A stretch of DNA of 64,000 nucleotides from Candidatus Bathyarchaeota archaeon (GCA_963767735.1 CAVYES010000006.1:128001-192000), one strand, 5' to 3'; positions 36,946 to 47,620 are shown, numbered from the stretch's first letter. The notes: generated by a model from the sequence alone, not told the origin. Numbers and translations are program-made.

Positions 36946-37194
36946 TTATTTCATTTTGTTAATTGCGTGAAGAGTTTTTTCCGCGGTTGATGCACTGAAA
37001 AGTAAATCATCAATGGTGGCGGTGAAAGTGGCCATTTTACCTTCACATTCAATTTTGGTTACTACTTTCTTATGTGCTCGGGTTGTTTTAATTTTTAGTC
37101 CAATTGGCGTTTTGAAGTTGTCGGGTGAAACCGCATTGGCCACTGCCTCCGCAGATCTCTCGTCAGCATACTCAAGCGTTATGGTCGCTTCCAA
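36946..37194 (-). CDS. pcc1: KEOPS subunit Pcc1
   Basis: A..AVSPDN...TIDDLL; position after DHH and rps15. Confidence 0.8.
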   Translation of the reverse strand: MEATITLEYADERSAEAVANAVSPDNFKTPIGLKIKTTRAHKKVVTKIECEGKMATFTATIDDLLFSASTAEKTLHAINKMK

Positions 37195-38644
37195 CTTTCT
37201 CGCCTCTCAACTGTTTGCCGATCAATTCATCCACATTTTTAACGAACGCGTCAATCTTGTCTAAAGGTACTTGGGCACCTGCCGCAATATTGTGTCCTCC
37301 GCCTTTGCCACCCAGCGCTTCAGATGCTAACCGCATAACTTCGCCAAGGTTGACGCCTTTGCGGATTGCTGCTTCGGTTGTTCTTGCAGAAAATTTAGCT
37401 GCTTGCTCTTTTTCAACATTGGCAAACGCGATGAGTGGTTTTTCGTTGTTGGCGAGCCCTGAGACGATTATTGAGGAGACGGTGCCGACGATTTTTTCGT
37501 TGATGAAGTTCTCTCCGTAGATGACATAGATGTTTTGGAGTTCTCGCATGCGTTCAGGTTTCTCCATTACCCAGCCGAGATACTTGTTTATGTTCTTGCG
37601 GTAATCTTCCAATATCTTGTTAGATTCTTCAAGTGCTGCTCCACGGTCTCCCATGCAGATCGCGATGCCGAGGCTTGGCCGATCCATACGCCCCGCCGAG
37701 TTCAATACTACAGCGAATTCCCGTGCATCCCGCAGTGCCGTGTTAGGCTCTTCTTTAGTTAAAATGTAAATGTACCCGATGAGGTTCTCAACTTCCAAAT
37801 GTAGACCTTTAGATAATAAGTGGTCTGCTAAAGCAGAGCACAGCCGTCTTTTTTCGTCTTCGGTTAGGTCGCGAAGTGCCCGCCATTTTTCGCCTTGCTT
37901 GATGGGTATGTCTAGGCTTGCAAGGAAGGCTAAGGCTTTGTCTTCTTCTCCGCTTAAGCCTGGAATAAACGGGTTTGTCGTAGTCGCCAATGTCCTGTGA
38001 ATTGGCCTTGTTTCTCTGCCGAAAAATGTTAAGTCCTTCTCAACTTTAAGCAAGCCAGCTGCAACGGCGTCGTCAACTATTATCTCGTTTAAGCAGCATA
38101 GGCTTCTCTGCTCATACTTGTCCTGCATATCGCCCAAAGCGCCAACCAACGCGACAGGCGCCAAATCCACATTCGCCCGATTCACGGCTTTAGCCACAAA
38201 GTAAGCAACACCTGAACCACTAACATCAGTTGCGCCGTCGATGCCGAACAGATGAGGATTTACTTGCACAAAATTCGGATTAGCCGCGGTGCCGTTCAGC
38301 TGGTGGTGATCAAGAATCAAAACCTTAAAATTCGGTATTTTCATGTTCAACAGGTCAAGGGAGCCGCTTCCAAAATCTGTGAAGATCACCAGTTGCGGCT
38401 TATCAGCAACGATTTCGCCGATAATTTTCTCGTCAAGCTGCTGAGTGATCCTAATCCGAAACTTGGCATCAAGGCGATAGAGAGCTTTTCCTATTACGCC
38501 TGCGGCGGCGACCCCATCGGCATCCAAATGCGAAAAACAGTGAATAAAGCCGTCTTTCTGGACAGTTTCCAAAATTACTTTTGATGCTTCTGCCGCCGAA
38601 GCTAAGAAGCGCTCTATAGATGCTTGCTGTGCAGCCATGCTCAA
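37172..38644 (-). CDS. DHH-family RecJ/Cdc45-like nuclease (GAN-like)
   Basis: HLDADG, TDFG, LDHH, GGGHNIAAG. Confidence 0.9.
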   Translation of the reverse strand: MSMAAQQASIERFLASAAEASKVILETVQKDGFIHCFSHLDADGVAAAGVIGKALYRLDAKFRIRITQQLDEKIIGEIVADKPQLVIFTDFGSGSLDLLNMKIPNFKVLILDHHQLNGTAANPNFVQVNPHLFGIDGATDVSGSGVAYFVAKAVNRANVDLAPVALVGALGDMQDKYEQRSLCCLNEIIVDDAVAAGLLKVEKDLTFFGRETRPIHRTLATTTNPFIPGLSGEEDKALAFLASLDIPIKQGEKWRALRDLTEDEKRRLCSALADHLLSKGLHLEVENLIGYIYILTKEEPNTALRDAREFAVVLNSAGRMDRPSLGIAICMGDRGAALEESNKILEDYRKNINKYLGWVMEKPERMRELQNIYVIYGENFINEKIVGTVSSIIVSGLANNEKPLIAFANVEKEQAAKFSARTTEAAIRKGVNLGEVMRLASEALGGKGGGHNIAAGAQVPLDKIDAFVKNVDELIGKQLRGEKVGSDHNA

Positions 38645-38731
38645 GTCACTCTTTGGCTAAAAGGGGTTAATCGGATTTAAAGCTGGCGCATTAACTGGCA
38701 AAATGAAACCGTAAAAGAAAGAAAAGAATGT

Positions 38732-39172
38732 TTATGTTACGGAGGCGATTTTTGCTTCGTATTTCCAGTTCTTTGCCAAAACGCCTTCACGCTTATAGTA
38801 CCGCGAAAGCTTGTGAATGCGTGCTTCGATGATTTGCATGTTGCGTTTGTTGTGAAGGTCCTTTTTGTTTTTGTCCAAATGGACGGCTAGGCTTTGTGCT
38901 TTCTTCATGAGGTTTGTAAGGTCTTCTGGCAAAGATGGAGCTAAACCTGCCCCTTTGAGAACGTCGCTTATGCTTTTGCCGACTATAGGCTTCGCAAGAG
39001 GAATGGCATATTGGTCCCTAAGGACAGTGCCTATGCTGCTAAGTGAGTGGCCTTCCTTGGCCAGTTTAATTATGAACGATTCTACTTCTTCAGGCTGATA
39101 CTTGCACCAGCTTGGAGGACGCCTGCTAACTGGGCGAATCGAATGGGATTTTCCCTTTTCCTGCTTTGGCAT
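38732..39172 (-). CDS. rps15: 30S ribosomal protein uS15
   Basis: GKSHS.RP, IGTVLRDQY, PEDL, IEARIHKLSRYYK. Confidence 0.96.
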   Translation of the reverse strand: MPKQEKGKSHSIRPVSRRPPSWCKYQPEEVESFIIKLAKEGHSLSSIGTVLRDQYAIPLAKPIVGKSISDVLKGAGLAPSLPEDLTNLMKKAQSLAVHLDKNKKDLHNKRNMQIIEARIHKLSRYYKREGVLAKNWKYEAKIASVT

Positions 39173-39388
39173 CTTTACACCTTAAACTGCACCTAAACCA
39201 TACCGCTCGAATATTTAAAAGTAATCCCCTACGTCATGTGTTCGTAGGCGGGGTTTGGGACAATCTTGGTTTAAAGCCTTCATTGTTTAATTTAAAACAT
39301 TGTAGTTTGTTTGTTCTCTTCGTTTCCCCAATTTGCACGCAAAAATTCGCGTTGTAAGATACTCTGTTCTGCAATTTGGACAAATCAA

Positions 39389-39790
39389 TTATGCCTGATT
39401 TGGTGGGTTAGGATGCTGTTGCAAATTTTGTCCTCTTAGGTCAGTTGCACAGTAAGGGCAGAAATTGCTTTCTGAGGAGCTGCTTTTGTTGCAGGCGGGA
39501 CAGTTTTTCGTCGCACTTGGCGAGGCTCGTGTTGGACTTGTTGTTCGTCTGTAGGTTTTGCAATTCATGTACACCTTTTTGTACAATCTTTGCTCTCTTT
39601 CACATTGAAAGCGGCATAACCAGGAAACTGGAAAAGCAAACAACAGCGTTGCTGTTAATATTAAATCTGGAGGTTGGCTAAACCAAGTCAAAGCTAACAG
39701 TACTAATATCCCCGTGGACACGTAGGATAAACCGAGCCATGCCTTGAGTAAATGATATATTGCCTGTATGCACCTAACTGCCGAATTCAT
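39389..39790 (-). CDS. membrane protein with zinc ribbon
   Basis: Two TM segments; CPAC...FCPYC. Confidence 0.6.
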   Translation of the reverse strand: MNSAVRCIQAIYHLLKAWLGLSYVSTGILVLLALTWFSQPPDLILTATLLFAFPVSWLCRFQCEREQRLYKKVYMNCKTYRRTTSPTRASPSATKNCPACNKSSSSESNFCPYCATDLRGQNLQQHPNPPNQA

Positions 39791-39843
39791 CCTCTACGTC
39801 TCCTGTTAAGGTACTTTTTTTTTCCGCAGCAAATCGCAATTGC

Positions 39844-40056
39844 TTACGCCTCAGGTTTATGAATAAATATGAACACACCCAAAATTATTGATCCAAATCC
39901 TAAAATAATAAACATTATTGGTGCAAGCCCACCATTCATCGAATAGACGTTATCAACTAATCCCCATATAGCCGATGAACTGAGCAGTAATCCAATTAGA
40001 ATAATCGCGATTCCACCGAGTAAATTATCCGTGCGTTCTTCCTTTTCATTTGACAT
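39844..40056 (-). CDS. small two-TM membrane protein
   Basis: Two hydrophobic helices. Confidence 0.6.
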   Translation of the reverse strand: MSNEKEERTDNLLGGIAIILIGLLLSSSAIWGLVDNVYSMNGGLAPIMFIILGFGSIILGVFIFIHKPEA

Positions 40057-40096
40057 TCGGCAAGGAACTTCTTTCCATTATATTGTGTACGCTAAA

Positions 40097-40738
40097 TTAG
40101 ATTACAGTTTCCCTATTAAGAGCTTGTTTGTACCATTCAGCAAATTTCTTTATCGCCATCGCCCTGTGCGAGTAACCATTCTTTTCTTCAATAGTCATTT
40201 CTGCAAAAGATTTCCCGCTGCCATTCGGCTGGAAAATCGGGTCAAAGCCGAAGACTGATTTTCCTTTCTGCTTGCGTTCGGTTAAGGCTATTTCGCCACT
40301 GGATTCGCCGTCGAAACATTCTGGTTCGCAAAGAGTTTCGTCGCAGTAAGCTATAACTGACTGGAATTTCGCTCGCCTATTCGCCACGTTCTCCATCAAT
40401 CTCAGTATTCCATCGTTGTGAATCGTCTTGTAAACGTAAGCAGCATAAGGACCCGGAAACCTGCTCAAAGAATCAATAAACAAGCCTGCGTCCTCTACGA
40501 AAATTGGCAGATGACTTCGCCTCAACGCGTTTATGGCGCTTTTTTTGGCTATTTCTTTTAAGCTGTCACTTTGTATCTCGTCTCCCTTTACGCGCAGCAT
40601 AGCAACGGTTAAGCCGTAACTGCTCAGGATGCTTCGGGCTTCATTGAACTTGTTGATGTTACCAGTGGCAAAAAAGACGACCTTGCCTTTGAGGTTGCAG
40701 GATTGATTATTGTTTTCTTTCTTCGACATAGCGGCCAC
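40097..40738 (-). CDS. rdgB: XTP/dITP diphosphatase (Ham1/RdgB)
   Basis: ATGNINK, EDAGL, FPGPY, FGFDPIF, SHR. Confidence 0.93.
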   Translation of the reverse strand: MAAMSKKENNNQSCNLKGKVVFFATGNINKFNEARSILSSYGLTVAMLRVKGDEIQSDSLKEIAKKSAINALRRSHLPIFVEDAGLFIDSLSRFPGPYAAYVYKTIHNDGILRLMENVANRRAKFQSVIAYCDETLCEPECFDGESSGEIALTERKQKGKSVFGFDPIFQPNGSGKSFAEMTIEEKNGYSHRAMAIKKFAEWYKQALNRETVI

Positions 40739-41366
40739 GCCTCTCTATCTCCTTTATTTTCTCATAAACCTTTTCCGCAGTTTCCGACCCCAGAACCAAC
40801 GAATAGCCGCACTGCACATCTTTGAAGCATTCTTCCCAAAACCGGTAATGTGTACTCTGCAGCGCCCGCTTCATCAAATGCAAATCCACACCCTCCTCCT
40901 CTAACTCGCTGTTTTTTTCGCCTAAGCCGAAGTCAACAAAAAAGATTTTGCGTTCTGGGCTTAGAATCATGTTTGATGTTGTGAGGTCGCCGTGGATTAA
41001 GCCTTGCTTGTGAAGTTTCCCGATTAACTCGCCGATTGAGATGCATAATTCTCTGCGTTGGTTTTGTGGAACCTTGTTCAGTAACTGCTTAATCTGCTGC
41101 CCTTCCACAAACTCCATTATAATCGAAGCTTGGGGAACATTAATCAGGTATATCAGCGGAGTCGGCACTCCGGCTGCTTTTGCTTCATGCATCAACTGCG
41201 GTTCATGTACTGTGCGGTAACTTCGAATCTGCTTATCCAACGGCTCTGGTCGATACTTTTTCGGGATTCGCACCTTGATAACCACTTTTCTTCCATGCCA
41301 CTCGGCAAGGTAGAGGCTGGCCTCCGCGCCCTTCTTAAACAGCGTTAGCTCGGCTACTGTATCCAT
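40707..41366 (-). CDS. bud32: KEOPS kinase Bud32
   Basis: GAEA, HGDLTTSN, DFGL, VDLHLM. Confidence 0.93.
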   Translation of the reverse strand: MDTVAELTLFKKGAEASLYLAEWHGRKVVIKVRIPKKYRPEPLDKQIRSYRTVHEPQLMHEAKAAGVPTPLIYLINVPQASIIMEFVEGQQIKQLLNKVPQNQRRELCISIGELIGKLHKQGLIHGDLTTSNMILSPERKIFFVDFGLGEKNSELEEEGVDLHLMKRALQSTHYRFWEECFKDVQCGYSLVLGSETAEKVYEKIKEIERRGRYVEERKQ

Positions 41367-42433
41367 GGCACATCCACCTTATCCACCCGCCAACGAAGCT
41401 TCACATAACTCTCATCCAAAGGCGTAACCAACCCGTACTTGTACGCTAAGACGCCAGTCCATGCAATCATGGCGCCGTTGTCAGTTGCAAACTCAAGCGG
41501 AACTACGCTGAACCGTGCGTTATGCTCCTCCGCGATAACGTTAAGCATGGATTGCAACCGTTTATTGGCTGCTACCCCGCCTGTCAAAAGAACCTCCTTT
41601 TTCTCTGTATGCGCCAACGCACGCTCAGTAACTTCAGTAACCATCGAAAAAGCGTTCTCCTGAAGGCTATAGCACAAATCTTCCAAGCGGCATTTACTAT
41701 CATGCAGCTGAGCCGTCGCCGCCGTCAACAGACCGCTGAGGGAAAAGTCCATTCCCTTCACAACATATGGCAAAGAAATCAGCTTTTTTCCATTAGCTGC
41801 CAACCGCTCCACAGCTGCTCCAAGTGGCAAACCCTTCATGCTCTTGAGGCCCGCTTCGCGAGCGAAAACGTCCAAACAGTTCCCAAGGGCAATGTCTAAG
41901 GTTTCACCGAAAACTCTGTAGCGTCCCGCCTCAAAAGCTGTCACCATGGTGTTGCCGCCTGAAGCGTAAAGGGTCACTGGGTCGGAAACGCCAGTTTTTA
42001 GTTTTCCAATCTCAATATGCGCCACAGAATGGTTAACGCCCACGAGGGGAACCTCAAGGTACGACGCCAAAGCTCTGGCAACGGTGGCGCCTGTGCGCAA
42101 GCATGGCCCTAAACCTGGACCCTGGGAAAACGCGATAACAGACAAGTCACTTGGCTTAACGCTCGCCACCGTTAAAGAGTCGCTTAGCACTTTATCAGCA
42201 ACTTCAGCGTGGTGCCTTGCCGCTTCTCTTGGGTGGATTCCGCCTTCCGCTGGTATGTAACTGTCGGATTTGTTGGCGAGTATTTCTCCGTTGAAGTCGG
42301 CTATTCCAACGCCGAAATCGTCTGCTGAGGATTCTATGCCTAAACAGTAATTTTCATCTTTTCGCTGCTTGCTCTGCTTTTTTTTCATGGATTCCACGTT
42401 TTTTAAGGGATACATATTTTTATCTGGATTCAA
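41354..42433 (-). CDS. kae1: t6A threonylcarbamoyltransferase Kae1
   Basis: LGIES, GGIHPRE, GPGLGPCL, VNHSVAHIE, GGVAAN, DNGAMI. Confidence 0.95.
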   Translation of the reverse strand: MNPDKNMYPLKNVESMKKKQSKQRKDENYCLGIESSADDFGVGIADFNGEILANKSDSYIPAEGGIHPREAARHHAEVADKVLSDSLTVASVKPSDLSVIAFSQGPGLGPCLRTGATVARALASYLEVPLVGVNHSVAHIEIGKLKTGVSDPVTLYASGGNTMVTAFEAGRYRVFGETLDIALGNCLDVFAREAGLKSMKGLPLGAAVERLAANGKKLISLPYVVKGMDFSLSGLLTAATAQLHDSKCRLEDLCYSLQENAFSMVTEVTERALAHTEKKEVLLTGGVAANKRLQSMLNVIAEEHNARFSVVPLEFATDNGAMIAWTGVLAYKYGLVTPLDESYVKLRWRVDKVDVPWIQ

Positions 42434-42472
42434 CGCTTATATTCTAATTGCATTATTTGGAATTGATACTAG

Positions 42473-42907
42473 ATGCCTAAACGTAATGACCTTGAACAGA
42501 AAGCACTCCATTATGTGGTAAACACTGGTTATCAAGGCGTGCTTCAATCAGATTTATGGCGTGAACTAGGGGCAAGCAGTCGAGAAGGCTCGCGGGTCTC
42601 CATTAAACTGGAAGAAAAAGGTTTAATCCGCAGAGAAAAAGAACTGCAAGAAGGCAGATGGACATATCGCCTATACCCCAAAAGGCTTCCAGCGTCAATA
42701 GAAACTATCGTTGACTGCCCATGCTTACTCTGTCCCGACAACGAAAGGTGTGACCCAACAACTGCACTTTCGCCTAAAAGCTGCCCAAAACTTACCGATT
42801 GGATACTTGCCTTAGGAAAAGACCCCACCACCGCTGATCCTGCAATTCCAAGCGAACCGAGCACACCAGAGGATGATTCACTTGCCGAAAGCTTGGATTC
42901 AAGATAG
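42473..42907 (+). CDS. tfeB: TFE beta (RPC34/C39-like: winged helix plus Fe-S domain)
   Basis: GVLQSDLW...wHTH; PCLLCPDNERC...SPKSCPKLTDW. Confidence 0.7.
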   Translation: MPKRNDLEQKALHYVVNTGYQGVLQSDLWRELGASSREGSRVSIKLEEKGLIRREKELQEGRWTYRLYPKRLPASIETIVDCPCLLCPDNERCDPTTALSPKSCPKLTDWILALGKDPTTADPAIPSEPSTPEDDSLAESLDSR

Positions 42908-43514
42908 AAAACGGGAATACTACTACAAAAAAGCTAAAGAAGAAAACTACCGCTCCAGAGCCACATACAAGCTAGTTCAAGCTAACACGAAATATGGTTT
43001 CATACAAAGAAACAGCGTAGTAGTAGATTTAGGCGCTGCACCCGGCGGATGGATTCAAGCCGCAAGAAAAATGACTGGAAAAAACGGTTTCGTTTTAGGC
43101 GTTGATTTAAAACCAATCGAACCTTTCACTCAGGAATACGTCCGAACAATAATCGCCGACTTCACTGAGCCAGACACAGTTGAGCAAATACGCTCTTTTC
43201 TGCCCCGCGAAGCAGATGTGGTAATTTCTGATGCCGCACCCAACATCACCGGCGTTTGGGAAGTTGACCATGCAAGACAAATTGACTTAGCCACCAAAGC
43301 ACTAGAAATAGCCCAATGCGTACTAAAACCCGGCGGAAACTTTTTTGTCAAACTCTTCGAAGGCGAAATGTTCAACGACTATATCCTCACAGTAAAAGAT
43401 CTTTTTGATACAGTAAAAATAGTGAAACCTGAAGCTAGCAGGCAAAAAAGCTCAGAAATGTACCTTTTGGCTTTAGGCTTGAAATCCGGGGGCAAATGCA
43501 AAGAGGAAACCTAA
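42873..43514 (+). CDS. rlmE: 23S rRNA 2'-O-methyltransferase RlmE/FtsJ
   Basis: YRSRATYKL, DLGAAPGGW, SDAAP, KP.ASR..SSEMY. Confidence 0.95.
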   Translation: MIHLPKAWIQDRKREYYYKKAKEENYRSRATYKLVQANTKYGFIQRNSVVVDLGAAPGGWIQAARKMTGKNGFVLGVDLKPIEPFTQEYVRTIIADFTEPDTVEQIRSFLPREADVVISDAAPNITGVWEVDHARQIDLATKALEIAQCVLKPGGNFFVKLFEGEMFNDYILTVKDLFDTVKIVKPEASRQKSSEMYLLALGLKSGGKCKEET

Positions 43515-43551
43515 TTTCTTCTTTTAGCTTCATCATTGATTGGTGTAAGAC

Positions 43552-44244
43552 TTGAAAATCATTTCGGCGGATTCTGCAGCAGCAATATTAGATCAGCAGT
43601 TTAAGCCGCTTTACCTTGTTGCTTCCGTTTCGGTGTTGGTAAATCCACCGTACAGGGAACCATCTTTTCGGTTGGCTGAACCACTTTTTAGAGAAGTTGA
43701 CAGCGGCTTCGAAGTAATAGTGCATGAAGCAGAGCTTTGCAGAAGCTTGCTTGATAAAATGAAGGCTGACGTCGTACATTTGGATTTGACGCTTGGCGGG
43801 ATCACCGTTGAGGAGTTATCGCCGGTTGAGCTTTCAAACTTACGAGCTTCCAGAACGGGACGGCAAAACATTTTGAAGATTTTGCCAAGACTTAGAAAAA
43901 TTGCTGGCGAAATCAAGCGGATCCATGATGTGGATATGTTAGCTATTGGTAAAGAAAGTGTTCCCGTTCGTATCGCGGAGTTAACAGCTGGGGCAGAAGC
44001 AATTCTTTTTGCCTGTAAGATGGTGGTGGAGAAAAGAGAATCTGTTTTGCTGGGTTTGCCTTTGATGTGTCAACCGATGGTGCAAGAAGACCGTGTGTAT
44101 CTTTACTCGCTTATGGCGGCTGAGCATGATGTTTATGGCTACGCTGTTGATGTGGAAAGAATTTTGACAAAGGTTAAAATGGCAGAAGCGCTAAACCCTA
44201 TTGCCCGTGGATTTCGAACCTTAAACATTAAACTCGCAAACTAA
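43552..44244 (+). CDS. DUF4152-like archaeal protein
   Basis: IISADS.AAIL...PPY...E...VHLD...GK.SVPVRIAE pattern. Confidence 0.6.
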   Translation: MKIISADSAAAILDQQFKPLYLVASVSVLVNPPYREPSFRLAEPLFREVDSGFEVIVHEAELCRSLLDKMKADVVHLDLTLGGITVEELSPVELSNLRASRTGRQNILKILPRLRKIAGEIKRIHDVDMLAIGKESVPVRIAELTAGAEAILFACKMVVEKRESVLLGLPLMCQPMVQEDRVYLYSLMAAEHDVYGYAVDVERILTKVKMAEALNPIARGFRTLNIKLAN

Positions 44245-44256
44245 AGAAGGTATGCA

Positions 44257-44808
44257 ATGAAAATCGATTTGTCCTTTTGGACGACTGCTTCATCGAAACG
44301 CAAGAGAATCTACTCAATCATAATAATTTTTGTACTTGCATTGGTAATTACGGTTATCGGGAGCTATATACCAATTAGCCATCAAGACGCATTGTCAATA
44401 AGTAACAGTTTAAACGCGACTGTTAATACGCATAAGTCAAATGGCAGCTTAACAGAATATATTTTCATCAATAACTTCTCAATCGATTTGGTAATGTTTA
44501 TTCCAATAATTGGGCCCATAATAGGATTTATAATTCTGGGAAATACCGGCGTTGCACTTGGAGCAATATCTTCTGTGCAAGGCTATCCAGTATGGGTAGA
44601 ATTGCTAAGCTTAATTTTGACGCCAGTGTTCTGGTTGGAATTCATTGCCTATTCAACTGCAATAGCAGAAAGCATTTGGCTGACCCGCCGAATAATGCAG
44701 CGGCGCTGGCTTGAACTAAAAAACACTGCAATATTAATAGGAATCTGCGCCGCCATTCTTATTGTAAGCGCAATAATAGAAGTATGGCTAATATCTCTCG
44801 GCCTCTAA
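44257..44808 (+). CDS. SpoIIM-like (DUF95) membrane protein
   Basis: IFINN...IP..G...N.G...WLEF...AIIE. Confidence 0.75.
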   Translation: MKIDLSFWTTASSKRKRIYSIIIIFVLALVITVIGSYIPISHQDALSISNSLNATVNTHKSNGSLTEYIFINNFSIDLVMFIPIIGPIIGFIILGNTGVALGAISSVQGYPVWVELLSLILTPVFWLEFIAYSTAIAESIWLTRRIMQRRWLELKNTAILIGICAAILIVSAIIEVWLISLGL

Positions 44809-44824
44809 ACCGATTAACCCTTTC

Positions 44825-45679
44825 TTAATTTTTCATTATTTCTAAGCTTATGTCTAATGCTTTAACGCTGTGAGTCAGCTCTCCTATGCTTATAATGTCA
44901 ACTTGCGCTGCTGCGTACTCCAAAAGGTTCTCGCCTGTAATTTTACCGCTTACTTCCAAAAGCACGTTGGCAAACCCGGCTTTCTTTAGCATTTCGCTTG
45001 CATCCTTAGCCTGCTTGGGCGAAAAGTTATCAAGCATTACAATATCCGCTCCAGCCTTTGCCGCCTGCATTGCATCATAAGCTTTTGTAACTTCAACCTC
45101 AATTTTTTTGCTGAAAGAAGCGTTCGCTTTTGCTTTTTTAACCGCATCCTCAACGCTTCCGACTATCACTAAATGGTTGTCTTTAATTAAAATCATATCA
45201 TCCAAATGAAGCCTATGCGGGTCTCCGCTTCCTATGGTTACTGCTTTTTTATCAAAATAAAGTAGTCCCGGCGCGGATTTACGTGTCGCAGCAATTTTCG
45301 CTTTACTGCCAGCGTTTTCAAGTTTCTTTGTTAACGTTCGTGTGGCAGTTGCGATGCCGCTCATTCTTGAAAGAAGATTTAGCATTGTTCTCTCAGCGCA
45401 AAGAATGGTTTGGGCATCTCCTGAGATTTCCATCAATATTTGTTTATTTTTTATTTTTTCTCCGTCAGCAACTTTAGCTTTAACGTTTAACCCCAAATAT
45501 TCGGCAAGAATGATTGTTTCTTCAATGCCTGCTACTGTGCCTTCTTCTTTAGCTAGAACTATTGCCTTTGCTTCTAAGTTTGGAGGAATGATTGCTTGCG
45601 CTGTTACATCGCCTTGCCCAATGTCTTCAGCAAGCATTTGCCTGAGTTTCTCTTCCATAATTTTTCTCGGAACAAACAT
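44825..45679 (-). CDS. nadC: quinolinate phosphoribosyltransferase
   Basis: EDIGQGDVT, ERT.LN, ATRK, HR, IKDNH, EVEV, MLDN. Confidence 0.95.
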   Translation of the reverse strand: MFVPRKIMEEKLRQMLAEDIGQGDVTAQAIIPPNLEAKAIVLAKEEGTVAGIEETIILAEYLGLNVKAKVADGEKIKNKQILMEISGDAQTILCAERTMLNLLSRMSGIATATRTLTKKLENAGSKAKIAATRKSAPGLLYFDKKAVTIGSGDPHRLHLDDMILIKDNHLVIVGSVEDAVKKAKANASFSKKIEVEVTKAYDAMQAAKAGADIVMLDNFSPKQAKDASEMLKKAGFANVLLEVSGKITGENLLEYAAAQVDIISIGELTHSVKALDISLEIMKN

Positions 45680-45765
45680 ATCCTTTACAGTTGCGTTTAC
45701 ACCTTAAATTACTTGCTTCTTTCAAGCGGAATACGGCATAGTTAAAATAAATCCCCGCCTATCTT

Positions 45766-46914
45766 GTGTTTATGCGGTTGCTCTTAAGCTGCTCAGAGCT
45801 AGGATTAGGTCATGTTTCCCGTATCATTCCCTTAGGAAAGAGACTGGAGAAAAACGGTCATGAGTTGTTCTTTTTCTCTGGAGGCAAAGCTCACGAAATG
45901 CTCCAGAAAGAGTTTAAGAATGTTTACAAGTGCACTCCCGTATCGTGGTATGAGAACGCGCATGGCATAATTACTTCTGCTTCGCTAGTCAACCTCGTTT
46001 TTCCTCTTCCGTTGTTTAACCCGGAGAAAAATAGGCTTGAAATAAAAAACTCCAATGCATGGGAAACCATACATCGCTACTATGACCTTAGAGAAAACAT
46101 TCGAGACATTGCGCCTGACGTTCTTGTCGCTGATGGTGACATAAACGCTCTTAGGCTTGCGCAGAAATGGGGGTTTCCCTCAGTTTACATCGCAAACATG
46201 ATTAGGCCAAGCTATGGTTTCTCTGCTTTTCTTAATCCAGGCGAACGGCTGGTTGAACGATACGTAAAACGTTGCTCAAAAATAATAATTCCAGATAACC
46301 CCCCACCGTACACTGTCTCTGAATATAGTGTTGGAGATTTGAATAGTATCGTGGGATTAAACGGGAAAGTTGAATTCACAGGAAGCTTCGTTGATACAAA
46401 TCCAGTTAAAGGTTCCCAAGAACACATTTTTGTACCCATAAGCGGACCACCAGGCACAAGAGCAAAAGTAATGAAAACCATTCTCCCGGTGCTTGAAAAA
46501 CTTAAAACCAAATGCGTAATTAGCTTAGGAACGCCTGGTAAAAAAGTCACTTCCAAAATTGGTAACTGTGAACTTCACACATGGCTATCTTCACAGGAGC
46601 GGGAGGAGTTTATGAAGAACGCTAAATTCGTAATTTTTAGCGGTGGACACGCAACATGTTTTGAAACCATCAAATATTCAAAACCTAGCATTTGCATTCC
46701 GACGCAGCCTGAACAGTTGGGTAACGCTGCAAAACTGCAAGACTTAAACTGTTCAATAACCGTTAAAAACAAAGGCCAATTGCAAAAGGCAGTTGAGAGA
46801 ATGGAAAAGGAGCAAGAATCCTTCGACAAAAACATGTTGGCGCTCAACAAGTTCTCTAACAAGTTTAAAGGTTTAGACCGGGCAGTTACAATCATCGAAA
46901 CTCTACTAGATTGA
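45766..46914 (+). CDS. GT-B glycosyltransferase (GT28/MJ1255-like)
   Basis: GLGHVSR; SGGHAT..E; P.QPEQ..NA. Confidence 0.8.
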   Translation: MFMRLLLSCSELGLGHVSRIIPLGKRLEKNGHELFFFSGGKAHEMLQKEFKNVYKCTPVSWYENAHGIITSASLVNLVFPLPLFNPEKNRLEIKNSNAWETIHRYYDLRENIRDIAPDVLVADGDINALRLAQKWGFPSVYIANMIRPSYGFSAFLNPGERLVERYVKRCSKIIIPDNPPPYTVSEYSVGDLNSIVGLNGKVEFTGSFVDTNPVKGSQEHIFVPISGPPGTRAKVMKTILPVLEKLKTKCVISLGTPGKKVTSKIGNCELHTWLSSQEREEFMKNAKFVIFSGGHATCFETIKYSKPSICIPTQPEQLGNAAKLQDLNCSITVKNKGQLQKAVERMEKEQESFDKNMLALNKFSNKFKGLDRAVTIIETLLD

Positions 46915-46917
46915 CTA

Positions 46918-47541
46918 CTATTTTACGAGGTTTAAGCGTTTAACTTCGCCCAGCGGCGTTTCTTCCTCAAAAATAATGGCTTTAAACTTGTATACTTTAG
47001 CATCTTTGGTCAGCCAACTGTCTGGTGGGAGCCCTGCTTTGACGCAGCATTGACAAAGAAATTCTTCTTCACACCAACCCCATTCAACAGGCACCTGCGG
47101 AAGCAGTAAACCCTTATAAAAGCCTCTTTCAACGATTAAGCCGTCTTCACCAACCTTAATTTTACTCAAGTACTCTTTTGGGTTCTTAACTTCCACAGGT
47201 TCCGGAGGCGTTAACACGCTTACTTCAAAAACAACTTTGCCCATTTCCTTTAAGGTCAATGGATAAAATCTTGGGTCTTGAGTTGCAGCATTAATGGCGG
47301 AATCAATGACTGCCTCAACAAGCGGACTTGTCGGGTAAGGATAACCTATGCAGCCGCGAAGCTCCTTCTCTCCGCGGATTGGAGTGCTTATAGTTACGAA
47401 TACGCCGCATTGCTCAAAGAGCTTCTTAGGCGTCCCTTTTGGAGGTTGAATGATTTTACCCTTCTCCAATTTTTCGTTTACTGCACTTCGAGCAAGCTGG
47501 ATTAAAAATTTTCCTTCTTCTAAGCTTAGTTCAAACGACAT
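46918..47541 (-). CDS. AMMECR1-domain protein
   Basis: GVFVT, LRGCIG, DPRF, GLLLPQV. Confidence 0.93.
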   Translation of the reverse strand: MSFELSLEEGKFLIQLARSAVNEKLEKGKIIQPPKGTPKKLFEQCGVFVTISTPIRGEKELRGCIGYPYPTSPLVEAVIDSAINAATQDPRFYPLTLKEMGKVVFEVSVLTPPEPVEVKNPKEYLSKIKVGEDGLIVERGFYKGLLLPQVPVEWGWCEEEFLCQCCVKAGLPPDSWLTKDAKVYKFKAIIFEEETPLGEVKRLNLVK

Positions 47542-47620
47542 AACATTTCCCTTTCCTCAGTAGGCGCGTAGGCGCAACTGAACCGCTTTTCCCGTGAAGA
47601 TAATTTGAAGAAAAATTGGT

